Assembly: GCA_004431415.1 (NCBI GenBank)
Contig: QPMI01000005.1
Coordinates: 682,001-746,000, forward strand
Reading direction: 5' to 3'
DNA length: 64,000 nucleotides
Source: Cyanophora paradoxa CCMP329
Lineage: Eukaryota; Plantae; Glaucophyta
A program made the translations under genes and the position numbers. Below are positions 59,131-64,000 of the stretch, piece by piece; the stretch's first letter is position 1; every line of letters begins with the position of its first letter. Under the pieces are notes generated by a model, which worked only from the letters and a program-made list of their open reading frames with translations, did no database searches and was not told the DNA's origin.

Positions 59131-61505
59131 GAAGAGCTTGGGGAAGGGCTTGGGGACGGCGAGGAGCTGGGCGAAGGGGTTGGAGACGGCGTGGAGCTGG
59201 GAGAGGGACTAGGAGACGGCGACGGGCTCGGCGTCGGGATCGTGATGGAGACATTGGCGCGGTGAAGGTAGATGAAATGGCTGAATTGGCCGCCGCCCCA
59301 GACCTGGAAGGATGCCGCAGCGCGGCGCGATACAGTGAGATCAAATGCGTGCAACGCGTCGTGCGCGTGCGTGTCATACCACGTAGAAGTACGGGGCCTC
59401 CAGCCCGTTCAACGGCGCAATGCGCACTATCGGGAAAGAATTCAACAACTGCAAAGTGAGCTTTGTGCCACCGTCGGGCCTGCAACAAGCCAGCAATCAG
59501 AAAACACGAGGAACGCTGATATCGATCATGATCATGAACTGCTCACCCCAGCACGGTGTCAGAAATTCTCTCTGTTTCTGTCGTCTCGTTTCCAGTCGCA
59601 TCAAAAAAGCGGAACTTCGCGTTCGTTGCATTGGAGTTGTCGGCCCCGACGAGCCTGAACACACCGTATCTGCGCGAGAAAAGAACGCTGGAAACGGGAA
59701 GCTGCAGGCCAGACACTGCAGAGTGGCAAACCGCGTCGTGACCGGGACCGCCTGACCGGAGAAATTTTTCGAGCCAGTGAAATCCACATCAGGAACGGTG
59801 CCGAGAACAGGTGGGCTCGGGATATTGATCTGCGCATACGCAAACCGTCGGTGAAGACTTGCTCACTCATGATCATATCGGCACAATCGAGAAGTTTAAA
59901 TGGGGGGGAATTCGAAGGGCTGGAGGGCAAAAGGGGACCGGCGCCGGCAGAGGAGAGGGGGGGGGAGGGGGGGGGAGGGGGGGGAGGGAGGGGATGCAAA
60001 GGGGCCCGCACCTTTCGAATGGGAAGCGGAGTCCCCGCGAATGCAAAATTACTGGTCATATAGTAGGTGGGCGAACTCGAGCTTGTGTCCTGGAAAAGCA
60101 CTTGGTATCCAAGGTAGAAAGCGGTGTCTGCGCTGTTGGTGGCGCGGCGCATGTAGACAACGGTCGGATTGGTAGCGGCCTTGAGCTTGTCCGACCCTTC
60201 GAACATATATTAATTCACAAGTGCAAGGACATCGCACGCTGAATGCACAAGCTAGCTGAATTTAGGGTATAATTTCGAGGAAGAGGCGCCGCACCGTCGA
60301 CTGCCAATCGAACGATCAGCTTCATCCCTGAGTTGGATCCAAATCCACCCTCCGACAAGGCGATGAACAGGTAGCTACCGTGCACGGCGAGCCCCAGCGG
60401 CATCGCCGGTTTGACTGATCATGAGTTAAAAAACGTTGCAGTTGCGCATGCTGTCGAGAACATGCGCGGGAGAGCATTTTGCAACGGAAACTACGCACTT
60501 CCAAACGTGAGCCTGTCCGAACTAAAGAATGTCGTAGCCGTCCTGGAGTGAGGGTTGCGTAATGAGCATGACCAGAAACAAGTCGACGTCAATTGCAAAC
60601 GTGCGCATGCGCACTGCGGCACCTCGCAGAGCCCGTCAAATCGATTGCGAGTACCTTCGAGAAATACGCGTCGGCGACGAAGAGCCTCTCGCTTGAGGCG
60701 GCTGTGACTGCGCTAAGGCCCCTGCGCGCTCACGATAATTATAAGCACTCGTGCCGTTAATTAAATTATTTCGAAATTAAATTTGGCTCCTTCATGATCA
60801 TCCACTCACGAAAACTTGATCGAGAGCGGGTCGACGCCAGCGTCGTTCAGGGCGGGGAGAGGACCGGCGCCGCTGACATCCCCGGGGACCCCGGCGACGT
60901 ACGAAGTCGAGCACGAGCCGTTGACTCGCCACACGTGCGTGAAAGTTGCGGCGTACAAGTTCTCTGCCCATCCGCAAAGATTATAATTAGGTTGCGACTC
61001 GCATGCAAATGCAGACAGCCGCAGCTGCAGTCTCGTGACTCAGTGAGCGCTCGTACGCGCGATCACCGTCAAACGGAGAGTAGTACATTGCTGCGCGACT
61101 GGTTAATATACGAGATATAGACCGAAAACCGAACGATCGCACACCTGATATTCCCTGTCCGAAGATTGCGCCAGTGCCCGTGCCTATCCGCGCGCAGACG
61201 ATGCCGCGATCAGAGCAGCGCACATCGCGATATCGATCGGAGCAGCGGATGTATACGTAATCATGCCATGCTGATCATGGCATTGCGCACCCTCTTGCAT
61301 CGGCCATCCTGAACTTCCCGCGCAGAATCTGTGCGCTCCAGGCTCGAGGAGGGAATCGGGGTCGCCCGGAGGGGCCGCAGTGGCCACTCCGACTGTTGCA
61401 AGCAACGCCGCCGCAGCGACGAGGGCGCGTACGTATACGTAACCTGTCGGGGACGTTTCTCGCAAAGACTCGGGAAAATTGACAGGCGATTCGTTACGCA
61501 CGCAT
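57729..61505 (-). CDS. Secreted protein with NHL/beta-propeller-like N-terminal region, (Ser-Pro)n linker and IPT/TIG-like C-terminal region; possibly disrupted
   Basis: ATGC|gtgcgt..cag|GT gives the signal peptide [28 protein letters not shown]-like [17 protein letters not shown] and [14 protein letters not shown]. (SP)n at ~58980-59240. [21 protein letters not shown] is IPT-like. Apparent in-frame TAA at 60210-60212. The 3' end coordinate is approximate. Confidence 0.6.
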
Positions 61506-62002
61506 CTCAGATCTATATCTAAAGCCTGCAGCTGAAGCGCTGCAGCAGCGACGATCTGCAGATCTGCTGGTCAAAAACAAGTCCCGTGTCTAGATCTCCC
61601 GGGCGTACTACGTATACTAGCTATGGGCCCTGAGGGACTACTTTGCCGCTACTAGAAGTCCTGCCAGGCCCTGCAGCTGAGGCTGCGCGAGACGAGCCTC
61701 GGGCGCGCCGCGGCGGCCGCGGGCGGCGGCGCCGGCGGCCCCGGCCAGGGGGCCTCCGAGTCTCCGACTCGATTCTCCGAGTCGGACGGAGTCGACGCCG
61801 CGCGGCGCCGCCGGCCGCGGCGCGGCGCGGCGAACGGCCGGGCCGCGAACTTGCCACGTTGGGCGCGAATTCGAACTTCGAAGTCGGCGCGAACCCGATA
61901 TCATAGTATCGATCATCGGATCCTGGCGATCGGCAGTGAATTCGAAATTGAGTGAATGCCAGCTGCAGTGATTCAAATATTCCGGCAGTCGACGTCACGC
62001 CA

Positions 62003-62301
62003 CCGTCGGGCACTAAATTACCGCGGCATACTACTAGGCTAGGAAATTACCGCGTTATAATTATAAAACCCAGCCTCCGTGCATCATGATACATGCATTG
62101 AGCTAAATAACGAGGTACCAAATTACCGCGTTATAAATTTGGAGGCTTGCGTGGGGCGGTAAATTGGGACTCTGGGAGGTTACGTGTACCGTATGACGCA
62201 ACTTCCCAGCGGAGAATTATAGGCTTCATGCTACCGAATTTCCGAGCTATGTCAAGATTGCGGTGCGGTAATTTGTTATCGCGGTGATTAAGTGAGCGCG
62301 G
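62003..62301. mobile_element. MITE-like element, copy 2
   Basis: Begins CCGTCGGGCACTAAATTACCGCGG and ends TTAAGTGAGCGCGG|TA. Shares the internal blocks GGTACCAAATTAMCGCG, GAGGCTTGYRTGGGGCRGTAA and GCAACTTCYCAGC with 6608-6851. Confidence 0.65.
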
Positions 62302-63659
62302 TAATTAATATTCGAATCGCTGGAATTTGAATTGCGATGTCGGTCCATTGTCGGAGGCCCTGAATATCGATCGTGATTCATGAGGCTCGTAGCCTCGGCG
62401 CCTCGGCCCGGATGATGGGCCGGATCCCGGAGTCGGCCGCGCGCGCGCCCGGCGCCCGCCGCCCGGATGCCCTTTTTTGTTTTTCTCCAACGTTCCGGGA
62501 TGTCCGACGGTCCGGCGACGTCGACGGACCCGGCGGCGGTCCGCGGACGGCGGCGGACCGGCGACGGTCCGGCGGCGGACCGGCGCCGGCCTGTACCGTA
62601 TACCGGGGACCGTCGGTCCGGCGTGACGGCGGCGTCGGACCGGGGTCGACCGGTCCGGCGGCTCCGGCCGCGACTCCGGCGCCGGCCTGTACCGAAGCTG
62701 TACGGTGCTGTACCCGGTGACCGGGGTCGGGACCGTCCGGTACGTATGGGATCGAATCGTCGATCTCGGACTCTAATTCGGAAGAACTCCTAGTAGTTCA
62801 CTCGGAACTTCGTCGTCGGAACTTCGGAAGTACTCACGAGCCTCGGCCCTCGGCGGAGTCACGACTCAACTACTAGGCTAGCGCTAGCTACTAGTATATA
62901 GTACCAGACTACTACCAGTACTGGCAAGAGTCATGAATTACGATTCATGCCATGATGATCGATCTCCGAATCAGAGACTCCGATCACGAGACTCATGACT
63001 CTAGAGACGGTCGGACTCACGAGATCTACCGGGTACCGCCGTACCAGTACTACGGAGTCTACTGTCTACGGTAGCTATAAATCTAGATTCTAGACTCCGA
63101 TCCCGAATCCCGATCGCGATTCCCGACTCCCGAGTCGGACTCGGGATAATCACTCGGATCAAATAATTCCCGAGTCCCGAGTCCGATCCCGATTCCCGAG
63201 TCCCGAGTCCCGACTCCCGAGTCCCGACTCCCGACTCCCGAGTATATACGTAGGGGCGCGCATTTCGAACAAAATTAAATCGCCTTGTTCAGTGTTCGTT
63301 CGTTCAGTAGCCCCCGACGCGGCCCCCCGTGCAGCCTACTGTGCAGGCCGTGTTCATTGTTCAGTGAACGGCGCACTGAACGCTGTTCGAACTGCGAGCT
63401 CCTCGCTTCGCCCCCCCCTCCCGTCTCGGAGAGCTTCTCGCGCTTCGCGCGATGTAAGGAAAGAGCCTTAGAGGTTGCTAAAACACATTACTTAGAGCCG
63501 AGTCAGAGGGCGAACTACCTGTTTCTGTCAACTTTCTGACGGTTTCCGTGCCGAAACTTCCCCGGAACTTGCCCCGGAATGTGCCGAAATTTCGAAGAGA
63601 CGTTGCGCTCCGAATTTCGAAGAGACGTTGCGCGCCGCAATGGAGGGGAGAATTCGAAG

Positions 63660-64000
63660 CTATGGCTCTTGAAGCGGGTCCTGCTGGGGGCCTTGCAATT
63701 GCTGCAGCTGGCTGCCGCGCCCGCGGCCTCGCCCCCGCCCCCGGCCGCCGAGCTCGAAGGAGGGCTCGAGCTGCTCCTGAGAGAGGGAGGGCCCGGGGCC
63801 CGGGGGGAGGGAGGCCTGCGGCTCCTGCCGGTGCGATATCGATGCCGATCCTTCTACTCCGGCGTGGCCGCCGCCGCGGCCGCCGCGGCCGCCCCGCTGC
63901 CCGCGCCGCCCGCCGCGGCTGCCGTCGACGGTGGAGCCCTCGTGCTGCTGCTGCTCCCGCTGCTCCTGCAGCTGCTGCGGCGCTGCCGTCGGCTCTGCGG
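63660..64000 (-). CDS. Probable 3' end of a gene entering from the right: Q-rich, RGG/RG-rich tail
   Basis: Open frame 63998..63660: ..[60 protein letters not shown]. No recognisable domain. Confidence 0.4.
   Translation of the reverse strand, partial: AEPTAAPQQLQEQREQQQHEGSTVDGSRGGRRGQRGGRGGRGGGHAGVEGSASISHRQEPQASLPPGPGPSLSQEQLEPSFELGGRGRGRGRGRGSQLQQLQGPQQDPLQEP

Noticed and set aside
60210-60212. Alternative genetic code with TAA as sense
   Set aside because: Single instance only. TAA, TAG and TGA each terminate other genes in the window.

Overview
GC-rich, intron-dense eukaryotic DNA with short spliceosomal introns (donors GTGCGC/GTACCC/GTCCGC and often GC; acceptors mostly CAG). The supplied ORF track is therefore mostly antisense or out-of-frame noise, and genes were rebuilt by hand-splicing. 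The host is probably an alga with a primary plastid. A cyanobacterial-type DUF1823 protein carrying an MNAFV- transit peptide suggests a glaucophyte such as Cyanophora (inference only). Genes, left to right: two head-to-head F-box/LRR genes; a ~15 kb gene for a giant secreted protein (22 copies of an unrecognised six-Cys domain in a higher-order repeat, then SRCR and HYR-like domains); a dually acylated NLR-like NACHT-pentapeptide-WD40 gene with apparently degenerate NTPase motifs; a small Lys-rich gene; plastid-targeted DUF1823; a complete ~18 kb Piezo channel gene; a hidden gene built from ten tandem 66-nt exon + ~65-nt intron units encoding an acidic UIM-like repeat; a secreted NHL/(Ser-Pro)n/IPT-like gene with an apparent in-frame stop; and a probable gene 3' end at the right edge. 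Also present: two copies of a MITE-like element, an inverted orphan exon copy, microexons of 6-8 nt, many GC-AG introns, and repeated duplication of exon/donor junctions around palindromic filler DNA. Exon structures are manual and need RNA-seq confirmation.
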